Below, piece by piece: positions 19,656 to 28,666 of a stretch of 64,000 nucleotides of DNA (the stretch's first letter is position 1; each line of letters begins with the position of its first letter). The translations under genes were made by a program, and so were the position numbers. This stretch comes from an uncultured cyanobacterium (GTDB taxonomy: Bacteria; Cyanobacteriota; Cyanobacteriia; PCC-9006; JAAUQQ01): assembly GCA_963718615.1 (NCBI GenBank), contig OY970368.1:2560001-2624000 (forward strand), read 5' to 3'. The notes below the pieces were generated by a model, which was given only the letters and a program-made list of their open reading frames with translations, ran no database searches and was not told the origin of the DNA.

Positions 19656-19840
19656 GGGATGGGGAGGTGATGGGGTGATATCTGTTTCGCTTTCTACGAA
19701 AAGTATTGATGATAGATTTGCATGCACCGTCTGTATTTTGTGTTTTTTGTAAACCTGCGGTATAAATTCGAACTTTCCTCGCGCCCTTTGTAGGACCTCC
19801 CAGAAGGACTACATCCGAGTTCGGGAGATGCAACGCAACG

Positions 19841-20419
19841 ATGTCTGACACTAGCCACATCATTCCCCAAGAGAAGTTATTTAATCCCTACGCCCCTACG
19901 GTTCAGTCTGGCCCGACGATGACGCTGATGAAGGAGGGGTCGCATCCCGCTAGCTATGCTTTTGAGGCGTTGCCGCCCAGTCAGGAGTCAGATCCCAAAA
20001 ATGTCATGGAAGTCCTGGTGACGATGGAAATTGTCCATCAGCTGCAACAATTGCCCAAAAAACAGCAGGAATTTATCAAGGTCGCCCAGGTTAAGGCCTA
20101 CGCGCTGAATAGTTTGCCCTCCCTGTATGTCACGAGCGAGAGTGGCTGGGAAAAACAGTGGCAGCGGGGACAGACGGAATTGCGATCGCCCATCCGTCAA
20201 GCGGTCCGCCAAGGGTTTGCGGCGGTTCAGCGGGATCCCCTGCGGGGTACTTCTCCCTTGCCCTACGAGAGCATTCCCATCGCCGAAACGGTTTTGGCCC
20301 AAATGCGGCGTCTCCTCGGGAAAGAAGACCTGACTTGGTACACCGTTCTGCCTACGCTCAAACAGGCTCTGGGTCAGAAAAACTATCAGAAACCTGTGGC
20401 TCGGGCTTTGACACGCTAG
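19841..20419 (+). CDS. ComFB family (late competence development / cyclic dinucleotide-binding) protein
   Basis: NVME.LV..EI...AYALNSLPSLYVTSE.G...V..DPLR is the ComFB signature. Confidence 0.75.
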   Translation: MSDTSHIIPQEKLFNPYAPTVQSGPTMTLMKEGSHPASYAFEALPPSQESDPKNVMEVLVTMEIVHQLQQLPKKQQEFIKVAQVKAYALNSLPSLYVTSESGWEKQWQRGQTELRSPIRQAVRQGFAAVQRDPLRGTSPLPYESIPIAETVLAQMRRLLGKEDLTWYTVLPTLKQALGQKNYQKPVARALTR

Positions 20420-20576
20420 GGTCTCAATTGCTCTCAGGGTTGTGATCGAAAGAGTGTGGCGGCAGTTACATTTCAGCGCTCAATGTTATGGGTTATTGAT
20501 TGTTGATGGGTTAGTGGTCTTAAAAACTGGCCCTTCATCCCTCAATTTTAGGGCCTGCCCGGCTGCGTTTTAAGCC

Positions 20577-22850
20577 ATGCTCCAACGGTTCGTGCCGCTT
20601 CCTCATCTCTCTTTTGTCTTAGAACAACTGCGAACAAATTTTCAACCTAAGGTCCTGGTTTCAAGCGCATCCGCTGGGCTAATTAGCGGCATCATCGGCG
20701 TTATTCGGGCGATTTCCTATGCCAGCCTGATCTTCTCCGGGGCCTTAGCGGTTCACCTGCCCACTGGGCTGGGGGCCACCGTGTTTAGCACAGCCATGAC
20801 CCTGGCGGTGGTGGCCCTGACCAGCTCCATGGCAGGCATGATTGCCACGCCCCTGGCACCCACAACAGCGGTTTTGGCGATCATCGCCGCCAGCATTGCC
20901 GATGAGCTGGCGGGAGCCCCCGCCGATGAGGTCCTGGCGACGGTGCTGGTGATGATTGCCCTGGGCTCTCTGCTGACGGGGGGGCTGCTGCTGGGGCTAG
21001 GACTGTTGAAGCAGGGGGAGCGGATTCGGGTGATTCCCTACCCGGTGATCGGTGGGTTCATGGCGGGCACAGGCTGGCTGCTCACCCGAGGGTTTGTGCA
21101 AATCACGGCGGATATGCCCCTGACCTGGTCTAGCCTCAATCGTCTCCTGGAACCGGCGGTGCTGGGGGCTTGGCTGCCGGGGGTGGGGTTTGCGATCGCC
21201 CTCCTCACCGCCACCCACCGCTGGAAGCAATTTTGGGTCATGCCCGCCACCCTGGCGGCCTGTGCCGGTACGTTTTATCTAATGCTCTGGGGCAGCGGCA
21301 TCTCCCTAGAGAGCGCCCGCGCGGCGGGTTGGCTCCTGGGACCCTTTCCCCAGGGGGATCAGCTCTGGCATCCCCTCCAGATCCAGCTCTTTCCCCAGGT
21401 CCATTGGCTGGCGATTTTTCACCAGGGCGGCGGCCTTCTCACCGTCATGCTGATTAGCCTACTCTCCTTGATGCTGAGCAATAGCAGCATCGAGCTGGTG
21501 ATTGGCCAGGACCTCAACTTGAGCGATGAGCTGAAGTCGATTGGGCTAGCCAATCTCTGCTCTGGTCTGGGGGGCGGCATGATGGGGAACCAAGCCTTGC
21601 CGAGCACGTTACTGGTCCAGGACATGGGCGCAAAGTATCGGCTGACGGGACTCTTTGCGGTGGTTCCATCCCTGGCGGTTTTGGCCCTGGGCGCGAGTTT
21701 TCTCTCCTATTTGCCCAAGGCCGTCCTCGGCAGCGTGATTTTATATCTGGGGCTGTCGCTGCTGTGGAAATGGCTCTATCAGTCCTACTTCAAGCTGCCC
21801 CTGGGGGACTATGGGACGGTCTGGGTGACGCTGATTGTGATCGATGTCTTTGGCTTTTTGCAGGGCGTCATCACGGGCTTTGTGATGACGGTGATTTTGT
21901 TTATGGTGCATTACAGCCGGGTAGACGTGGCCAGTCAGGTGTTTTCCGGTGCGACCACCCGCAGTAATGTCGATCGCGACCCCGAGGCCCATCGGATTCT
22001 GTCCCAGCAAGGGGAACAAATTTATGTGCTGGAGTTGCAGGGCTTTTTGTTCTTTGGCACAGCGAATTATTTGTTGCGTCAGGTGCGCGATCGCATTGCG
22101 ATCGCCAACTCCCTTCAGCAGACTACTCCGTCTCAACCCTTACGCTATGTCCTCATCGACTTTCGCCAGGTCAGCGGCCTAGATTCCTCCGCTGTTTTGA
22201 CCTTTGACAAAATTGTCAAACTCTCCCGGCGGCACAATTTTTCCTTAATTCTGACCAACCTTTTACCCGAGCTAGCCTTCGAACTCAAGCGGGGCCTGGG
22301 CTTAAATCTCGATTCGGAGCATTGCCAGGTCTTTGCCGATATTGATCGCGGCCTGGATTGGTGTGAGCAACAGATTTTGGCCGCAGCCACTCCCCTCGCC
22401 ATCCCCCCAGAGCCCGTTCGCCTCGTAGACCAGCTCACCCAGCTGTTCCTCACGGCAGATCAGGCCCATCGGTTTGTTGCCTATCTCACAGCCCAGACGG
22501 TTCCAGCCGACCATTACATCTTTCGCCCCGGCGAAATCGATGGGGGCCTGTACTTCATCGAGTCGGGCCAGGTCACGGTCCGCCTAGAGCAGGCCAATGG
22601 CCGCAGCAAGCGCTTACAAACCTGCACCAGTGGTCATCTCCTGGGAGAAATGCGGTTTTACGGCAAAGCGCCCCTGTCCACCGCCGTGGTCACCGATGTC
22701 CCCAGTCGGCTCTATTCCCTGTCAAAAGAAAGCTTTAGCCACATGCAACAGGAGGCCCCCGACCTCGCCCAGGCCCTGCAAGCCCACATTGTCACGATTC
22801 TCTGCGACAGCCTCCTGCGCCGAGAGCAACAGCTTAAGGTCATGCAATAA
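20577..22850 (+). CDS. SulP/SLC26 anion transporter with STAS and cNMP-binding domains
   Basis: IPYPVIGGFMAGTG, ELKSIGLAN, ELQGFLFFGTA, DFRQVSGLDSSA (STAS); LYFIESGQV...LGEM.FY (cNMP). Confidence 0.92.
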   Translation: MLQRFVPLPHLSFVLEQLRTNFQPKVLVSSASAGLISGIIGVIRAISYASLIFSGALAVHLPTGLGATVFSTAMTLAVVALTSSMAGMIATPLAPTTAVLAIIAASIADELAGAPADEVLATVLVMIALGSLLTGGLLLGLGLLKQGERIRVIPYPVIGGFMAGTGWLLTRGFVQITADMPLTWSSLNRLLEPAVLGAWLPGVGFAIALLTATHRWKQFWVMPATLAACAGTFYLMLWGSGISLESARAAGWLLGPFPQGDQLWHPLQIQLFPQVHWLAIFHQGGGLLTVMLISLLSLMLSNSSIELVIGQDLNLSDELKSIGLANLCSGLGGGMMGNQALPSTLLVQDMGAKYRLTGLFAVVPSLAVLALGASFLSYLPKAVLGSVILYLGLSLLWKWLYQSYFKLPLGDYGTVWVTLIVIDVFGFLQGVITGFVMTVILFMVHYSRVDVASQVFSGATTRSNVDRDPEAHRILSQQGEQIYVLELQGFLFFGTANYLLRQVRDRIAIANSLQQTTPSQPLRYVLIDFRQVSGLDSSAVLTFDKIVKLSRRHNFSLILTNLLPELAFELKRGLGLNLDSEHCQVFADIDRGLDWCEQQILAAATPLAIPPEPVRLVDQLTQLFLTADQAHRFVAYLTAQTVPADHYIFRPGEIDGGLYFIESGQVTVRLEQANGRSKRLQTCTSGHLLGEMRFYGKAPLSTAVVTDVPSRLYSLSKESFSHMQQEAPDLAQALQAHIVTILCDSLLRREQQLKVMQ

Positions 22851-22964
22851 AGCCAGCCCTGCCATAAAACCAGCCCTGCCATCCAGACTGCCCGATCGCC
22901 CATCCCTGCTGGTTTATCTCTCGTTCTTCCCGCCCCTTGTTTTGTTTCCATCCTTGCCAGCATC

Positions 22965-24767
22965 ATGAGCTTCCTCTTTGCCAAAAACCTCACCGGGTCT
23001 GAGCGCCTTGCAACCTTCTTAGCAGAGCTACAGCCAGAGACCCTCTTCTCTAGCTTTGTCGCGGGCAGCATTACCGGCTTGATTGGTGTGATTCGGGCCA
23101 TATCCTATGCCGCCCTGATTTTCTCTGGGAGCCTGGCCGCCCATCTCAATGTCGGCGTGGGCATTGCCATCTTTAGCTCAGCGGCCATCAGCATTGTGGT
23201 GGCCCTGATGAGTTCCCTGCCCGGCATGATTGCGACCCCCTTAGCCGCTCCCACCGCCGTGCTGGCGATTCTGGCCGCCCAAATTGCCGAGACCCTGGCG
23301 ACGGCGGATACCCCCGATCGCCTGATGACGGTTGTGGCCGCCATTGCCCTGGGCTCTCTGGTCACGGGGGCCAGCCTTTGGCTGTTGGGCAGCATCAAAG
23401 GCGGCAATGCCCTGCAATTTATGCCCTATCCGGTGGTGGGCGGGTTTATGGCGGCTACGGGCTGGCTGCTGGTGCGGGGAGCGGTCCAGGTGATGACCGA
23501 GGTGCCCTTGACCTTTTCCCATTTGGCCGGGTTGCTGGAACTCGATCCAGCCTTGCATTGGGGGGCGGGGCTGGCGATCGCCCTGGTGCTCTTGGCGGTG
23601 ACCCAGCGATGCCACCATGCCCTGATCATGCCAGGGATTTTATGTGCCGCTACGGTGATTTTCTATGGCGCGGTGTGGCAGTCCCATCTTCCACTGAGCC
23701 AGATTCGCGAGCGGGGATGGTTGATGGGGCCATTTCCGGATGGCAATCTCTGGCAGCCGTTAACCCGCGAGGGGCTAGGGTTGGTCCATTGGGATGCGAT
23801 CGCAATGCACAGTGGAACCCTGGGGCTCCTGGTTTTTGTCAGCCTGTTGTCCCTGGTGCTGACCAATGGGGGCATAGAGCTAGCCCTCGGTCGGGATTTA
23901 GACCTTAACCGAGAGCTGCGGGCGATTGGCATGGCTAATGTTGTCGCGGGGTTGGGCAGTACCATGGCGGGCAACCAGGCGCTGCCCAGCACGCTGCTGG
24001 TGCATAAAATGGGCGCGGCCAGCCGCTTGACTGGCCTGTTTAAGGCGGTGCCCTGCATCACGGTATTGTTCCTGGGGCCTGCATTTTTGGCCTATTTCCC
24101 CAAGCCGATTTTGGGGAGTCTGCTGTTGTATTTGGGGTTAGATCTGCTCTGGCAATGGCTCTATCAGATCTGGTTTCGGCTGGCCTGGGATGATTATGGG
24201 ATCATTGTTGTGACCCTGGTGGTGATTAATCGGGTCGGATTTATGGTCGGTATTGCGGTGGGGCTAGGGATGACGGTGCTCCAGTTTCTCTATGGCTGTA
24301 TCCAGACCAGCCCAATTGAATCGGTGGGCTGGGGGCAGCGTTTTCAGCCCCAGCCGGGAGCAGCGTCCGATGCAGTGAGTTCCCCGGTCTGGCTCCCGTA
24401 CCCCCAGGGCAAGGTTGACTGGATTGAGTTGCAAGGGTTTTTATTTTTTGGCAATGCAGCGGCGCTGTTTCGCCAAATTCGCACCCGCATTTTGCATCCT
24501 GACTCGGGGCAAGCGCCTGATTATTTGGTCTTAAATTTCCAGTCGGTTCTGGGTTTAGATGCCTCAGCGGTGCTGAGCTTGAGCAAGCTGATGACACTGG
24601 CGCAGGCTCAGCAGATCACCCTCGTGTTTAGTCAGGTCTCTGAGCCCTTGCAACGGCAGTTGAGCCGAGGGCAGGCCATGGATTTAGACAGTGACTACTG
24701 CCTGTTGTACGAAACCCAGGCGCAGACTAGCCACAAGCTAGGGGCTATGGGGTCAGAGACGGCATAA
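22965..24767 (+). CDS. SulP/SLC26 anion transporter paralogue with STAS, lacking cNMP domain
   Basis: Same motifs as upstream gene (IGVIRAISYA, NQALPSTLLV, LQGFLFFG, GLDASA); ends after STAS. Confidence 0.9.
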   Translation: MSFLFAKNLTGSERLATFLAELQPETLFSSFVAGSITGLIGVIRAISYAALIFSGSLAAHLNVGVGIAIFSSAAISIVVALMSSLPGMIATPLAAPTAVLAILAAQIAETLATADTPDRLMTVVAAIALGSLVTGASLWLLGSIKGGNALQFMPYPVVGGFMAATGWLLVRGAVQVMTEVPLTFSHLAGLLELDPALHWGAGLAIALVLLAVTQRCHHALIMPGILCAATVIFYGAVWQSHLPLSQIRERGWLMGPFPDGNLWQPLTREGLGLVHWDAIAMHSGTLGLLVFVSLLSLVLTNGGIELALGRDLDLNRELRAIGMANVVAGLGSTMAGNQALPSTLLVHKMGAASRLTGLFKAVPCITVLFLGPAFLAYFPKPILGSLLLYLGLDLLWQWLYQIWFRLAWDDYGIIVVTLVVINRVGFMVGIAVGLGMTVLQFLYGCIQTSPIESVGWGQRFQPQPGAASDAVSSPVWLPYPQGKVDWIELQGFLFFGNAAALFRQIRTRILHPDSGQAPDYLVLNFQSVLGLDASAVLSLSKLMTLAQAQQITLVFSQVSEPLQRQLSRGQAMDLDSDYCLLYETQAQTSHKLGAMGSETA

Positions 24768-24845
24768 TCCCTGGGCACAACGCCATGGTCAGGCGTCGTC
24801 GGTTAGTATTACCATTAGCCAAAACCACAGCTTTGCCCTTTTCCC

Positions 24846-25658
24846 ATGGACGATTTCGACGATATTCCCGTCGCCGTTAGAGACACCCCCAGTCTCCAAG
24901 CACCAGTCCTGCAAAAGCGATTGTTTTGGATCGCTGGAATTTCCGCAGGGGTGGTTGGTCTATTGGCCGGGGCGATCGCCGCCACCCTGCCGGCTCCAAA
25001 GCTGAGTGGCAAACCGACCCTTGTTACACCATCGACCCTGAAATCAACGACGCTGACACCGCCAAACCTGGCACCGCCGACCCTCGACCCCTCTGCCACA
25101 CCGAGCGGCAACCCCAGCAGTGATGCGGCCTCCCCAGTTTCCCCCAAAGACATTATTCTCGGTCACTATGCCTACGCCGAGGCAGATCCGGCTTCCCTCG
25201 TGGAAATTGCCCCCGGCATTCAGCTCAGCAAAGCCGCTGCCACAGCCTATGAGGAGATGGTGGAGGCAGCGCGTAACGATGGTGTGAGCTTGGTGCCTCT
25301 CTCTGGGTTCCGGAGCAAACAGGACCAAGAGCATCTGTTTTTTGAGGTCAAACAGGCGCGGGGCCAGACCGCGACGGAACGGGCCAAGGTCAGTGCGCCT
25401 CCGGGTCATAGCGAACACCACACCGGCTATGCCATCGACCTTGGCGACGCTAACGCAGCGGGCACCAACCTCAGCCAAAGCTTTGAAACCACCCAGGCGT
25501 TTCAGTGGCTGCAAGACAACGCGGCTTTTTATAGCTTTGAACTGTCGTTCCCCAAGGATAATGCCCAGGGGGTGAGCTATGAACCCTGGCACTGGCGCTT
25601 TGTGGGTAATCAAGACAGTTTGGAGTTATTTCATCGGGGCACGAAGGGCAAGGGCTGA
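24846..25658 (+). CDS. D-Ala-D-Ala carboxypeptidase (VanY/M15B)
   Basis: SGFRS..Q, SAPPGHSEHHTGYAID, YEPWHWRF; N-terminal TM anchor. Confidence 0.93.
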   Translation: MDDFDDIPVAVRDTPSLQAPVLQKRLFWIAGISAGVVGLLAGAIAATLPAPKLSGKPTLVTPSTLKSTTLTPPNLAPPTLDPSATPSGNPSSDAASPVSPKDIILGHYAYAEADPASLVEIAPGIQLSKAAATAYEEMVEAARNDGVSLVPLSGFRSKQDQEHLFFEVKQARGQTATERAKVSAPPGHSEHHTGYAIDLGDANAAGTNLSQSFETTQAFQWLQDNAAFYSFELSFPKDNAQGVSYEPWHWRFVGNQDSLELFHRGTKGKG

Positions 25659-26344
25659 TGAGTCAAACCAGTTTGAATTTAGTGGCGATCGCCATCTTCA
25701 CCCTCACAGTAGGCACCCTAGGCAGTCCCATGCTGCACCTTTCCCCCTTTGTGCCTGCGGCGGTGATCGTCGGGTTGTTGGGGATGGCGACAGTTGATCG
25801 CTTCGCTTGGGGAGGGCAAGGCGGTAGTCTTTTGGTGGATTGGGTTGCCCAGAGGTCCGGTGAACATCGCGATCGCGTTCTCCATCACGAAGTTGCCCAC
25901 TTTCTCGTCGCCTATCTCTTGGGAATTCCGGTCACCGGCTATGCATTAACTGCCTGGGAAGCCCGCCAGCAGGGTAATCAAGCCCAAGGTGGGGTGCGGT
26001 TTGATGATCAGCGCATCCAGGCCCAATTGGAAGAGGGGCAGATCTCTAATGACTTGATCGAGCGCTACTGTCAGGTTTGGATGGCGGGGGGTGCAGCGGA
26101 ACAGCTTGCCTTTGGCCAGGTGGAAGGCGGGGTTGATGATGTGTTTAAGCTGCGCGGAGTGCTTAAGCAGCTCCAGTTCTCACCCCAAATGCTAGAGCAA
26201 AAAGAGCGTTGGGCTGCCTTTCAGGCCAAGCAAATGCTCGAACGCCATCGCGATGCTTACCAAGCCCTGATGCAAGCCATGGCGGAACGAAAACCCGTGG
26301 CCGATTGCATTGCCGCAATTCAGACAGCCGGATCAGATCTATGA
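25658..26344 (+). CDS. Conserved cyanobacterial M41-like Zn peptidase domain membrane protein
   Basis: Two TM helices, HHEVAHFLVAYLLG (HExxH), MAG.AAE, G..DD. Confidence 0.8.
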   Translation: MSQTSLNLVAIAIFTLTVGTLGSPMLHLSPFVPAAVIVGLLGMATVDRFAWGGQGGSLLVDWVAQRSGEHRDRVLHHEVAHFLVAYLLGIPVTGYALTAWEARQQGNQAQGGVRFDDQRIQAQLEEGQISNDLIERYCQVWMAGGAAEQLAFGQVEGGVDDVFKLRGVLKQLQFSPQMLEQKERWAAFQAKQMLERHRDAYQALMQAMAERKPVADCIAAIQTAGSDL

Positions 26345-26353
26345 AATCTCACT

Positions 26354-26371
26354 AGACTCTTGAGAGAGTCT
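26354..26371. terminator. Small hairpin, possible terminator
   Basis: AGACTCT-TGAG-AGAGTCT just after the 26344 stop; weak U-tract. Confidence 0.35.
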
Positions 26372-26373
26372 TT

Positions 26374-26461
26374 GTGAAATTCCAGTAAAATTTCAGTAAA
26401 GTCCCAGTGAAATCTCAGTAAAATTTCAGTGAAAGCCCAGGGAAACCTCGGTGAAATTCTA
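26374..26461. repeat. 8 x 11-bp degenerate tandem repeat (consensus GTGAAAtytCA)
   Basis: gtgaaattcca gtaaaatttca gtaaagtccca gtgaaatctca gtaaaatttca gtgaaagccca gggaaacctcg gtgaaattcta. Confidence 0.85.
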
Positions 26462-26531
26462 GTCAAAGCTGAATAAAAATCATTCCTTAGACCGATAGTC
26501 TTTCAAGCCATTAGCAAAAAGACGGTCATCC

Positions 26532-27350
26532 ATGGTGGGTTCTCGGATCGCTTCCTCATCCTTAAACGCTTCAACCTCCCCCCAATCTTCAAGCCAGGTC
26601 ATGCTCCAGTCCGATCCCGACTTGGATGAGAAAGACCTAACGGAATTGACTGAATCTGGAAGCATTCTGCTTCAGACCTTACTGGCGGATCTTGTGATTC
26701 AGGCCGTTCGGTTTCCCTTAGGCAGTCAAGAGCGGCAAAAACTCCTGACCCAAATGACGCTGAAGATGCAGCAGTCCGGCAAAATCTGGCGAGGCGGCGG
26801 CACCATCGACCCTGAAGGCTATAGCGAAGCCTTACAGCGCACCTGGCTGTGGTTCTGCCGGAGCCTAGAACAATACGATGCCCAAAAGGCAAGTGTGCTC
26901 GTTTGGTTCAATAGCTATCTGCGCTATCGGATTCTCGATGTTCACGAAACCCGTCGGCAGCAGGTACAAAGGTTCACGACACTCCCGGATTGCGGTGAAG
27001 ATGGAGAGACACCCAGTAGAAACCGTATCGATCAGTTACCCGCTCCAGACGATATCCCACCGATCCTCGAACGAGTTCAGGACTGGCTGGAGCAGCAGCG
27101 GCAGGTGTTGATGACGGTTCATTTGCGCGATCGCCCCGACGTCAACGCTTGGATTCTCCTGAGGCACCGCCTCCCCTCCGAAAACCTCAGCTGGCAGGAG
27201 ATGTCCCAGTCCTTCGGGGTACCGATCCCCACCCTCAGCAATTTTTATCAAAACAAATGTTTACCTAGACTCATTACCTTCGGACAAGCGGAAGGCTGGT
27301 TAGAGGAAGATCCAAAACGTCAGAAAAAAGCTAAAAAAAGAAAGAAATAA
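26532..27350 (+). CDS. Divergent sigma-70-like protein (start may be 26601)
   Basis: Region-2-like YSEALQRTWLWFCRSLEQYD...WFNSYLRYR; region-4-like HTH SWQEMSQSFGVPIPTLSNFYQ. Confidence 0.7.
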   Translation: MVGSRIASSSLNASTSPQSSSQVMLQSDPDLDEKDLTELTESGSILLQTLLADLVIQAVRFPLGSQERQKLLTQMTLKMQQSGKIWRGGGTIDPEGYSEALQRTWLWFCRSLEQYDAQKASVLVWFNSYLRYRILDVHETRRQQVQRFTTLPDCGEDGETPSRNRIDQLPAPDDIPPILERVQDWLEQQRQVLMTVHLRDRPDVNAWILLRHRLPSENLSWQEMSQSFGVPIPTLSNFYQNKCLPRLITFGQAEGWLEEDPKRQKKAKKRKK

Positions 27351-27481
27351 AGCGATAATTGCTCAAATCTTTTGCCGATAAGCTGCTGTTGATTTGAAGA
27401 CCTAGCGTCCAGGCTACCTTGACCGTTTCCTCCCATCTTTCCTCTCCGGTTGCCCAACCGTCTTACCGCAAGAATGGCACT

Positions 27482-28651
27482 ATGAGCTATCTTCCTGACT
27501 CAATTCTCCACAATGCACTGTCAATTCCCATTACGGCAGCCATGCGTCAACAGGCCCAGCACATCGCCCAAAAACAGCCCACTGCTGAAAAAGTGGAGCA
27601 GAGCGTACGCAATCTCCTGGCAGTCCAGGTCGTAGATTTCTATTTACAGATGATGGGGACTGAGACGGACCTCCAGGCCAGTCAGGCTTGGAACCCGGTC
27701 AGTCAACTGGGAGCCGATCTGGCAGACTTGCCCTTAAAAGGAGGGCAGCGGATAGAGTGTCGAGCGTTGCGACCTGGGGAGCGGATGCTGCATGTACCGC
27801 CGGAGGTCTGGAGCTATGGTCCCTTGGTACCGGGGCGCGATCGCCTCGGCTATGTATTTGTGGATCTGACCCCCCACGAAGGCAAAATTCTAGGGTTCTT
27901 GCCCAGTATCAAAACTGAGTTTATTGGCCTCGCTCAATTGCAGCCCCTCGAAGCCCTACTCACACGACTGCATCGCACCCCGATTACGACCCTCGGTAAT
28001 TGGCTGGAGAAACAATTTAGCGAAAGCATCTCCCAGGGCTGGATCACCGTCAAAGAGTTTGTGCAACAACAGCAACAGCAAGAGTCATTTATGGTGTTTC
28101 GGGGGGAAGAGCCCGTCATGGCCTTTCGAGCCAAAAGCATCCGTGGCCTGCGGCCTGAAGATCCGGAAGAACTACAAACCCGTGTGCAGCAGCTTTATGC
28201 AGCGGATGGACGAGCCCCCTCAGACCCCAACGCCAAAACAGCGCTCATGCATTTGATTCAATCGATCACCGAGAACGAAGAACTGCGTTGGCAAGCGGCG
28301 GATGTGCTCTGGAGCTTGGACCCCGACCATCGAGAAGTGGGCATTCGACGGCTACTCGATACGGGAATGCAGTTTGCAGGCAAAGCCGTGGCCTTGATGG
28401 TGGGCATTTTACCCCGTCCGGATGGCAATCATGCAGTCTTGCTCCGCCTTTACCCCATGGGCGAGACGCGCTACCTCCCTGAAGGTTTGCAATTGGTGGG
28501 CAGTGATGCAGAGGGTCGTGTGTTTCTGACGGCCCAAGCTCGCCAAGTTGACGATTATATTCAACTCAAATTTGCAGCGCATCCCGGTGAGTCCTTTAGT
28601 GTTCAGGTGCTTCTGGATGGCGTGGGTGTTACAGAATTCTTCTCTGCCTAG
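27482..28651 (+). CDS. DUF1822 family protein
   Basis: NLLAV..V..YL...ADL....RIECR...VPPEVW..RLGYVFV; C-terminal YLPEGLQL...DDYIQL.F...GESFSVQV. Confidence 0.8.
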   Translation: MSYLPDSILHNALSIPITAAMRQQAQHIAQKQPTAEKVEQSVRNLLAVQVVDFYLQMMGTETDLQASQAWNPVSQLGADLADLPLKGGQRIECRALRPGERMLHVPPEVWSYGPLVPGRDRLGYVFVDLTPHEGKILGFLPSIKTEFIGLAQLQPLEALLTRLHRTPITTLGNWLEKQFSESISQGWITVKEFVQQQQQQESFMVFRGEEPVMAFRAKSIRGLRPEDPEELQTRVQQLYAADGRAPSDPNAKTALMHLIQSITENEELRWQAADVLWSLDPDHREVGIRRLLDTGMQFAGKAVALMVGILPRPDGNHAVLLRLYPMGETRYLPEGLQLVGSDAEGRVFLTAQARQVDDYIQLKFAAHPGESFSVQVLLDGVGVTEFFSA

Positions 28652-28666
28652 TCTACGAGATTGCCC

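Noticed and set aside
22848-22881. 17-bp imperfect tandem duplication between the SulP genes (similar short repeats at ~39658-39693)
   Set aside because: Looks like local slippage at stop codons; no evidence of function
26374-26461. Possible CRISPR array
   Set aside because: Units are 11 bp and contiguous, with no spacers and no cas genes
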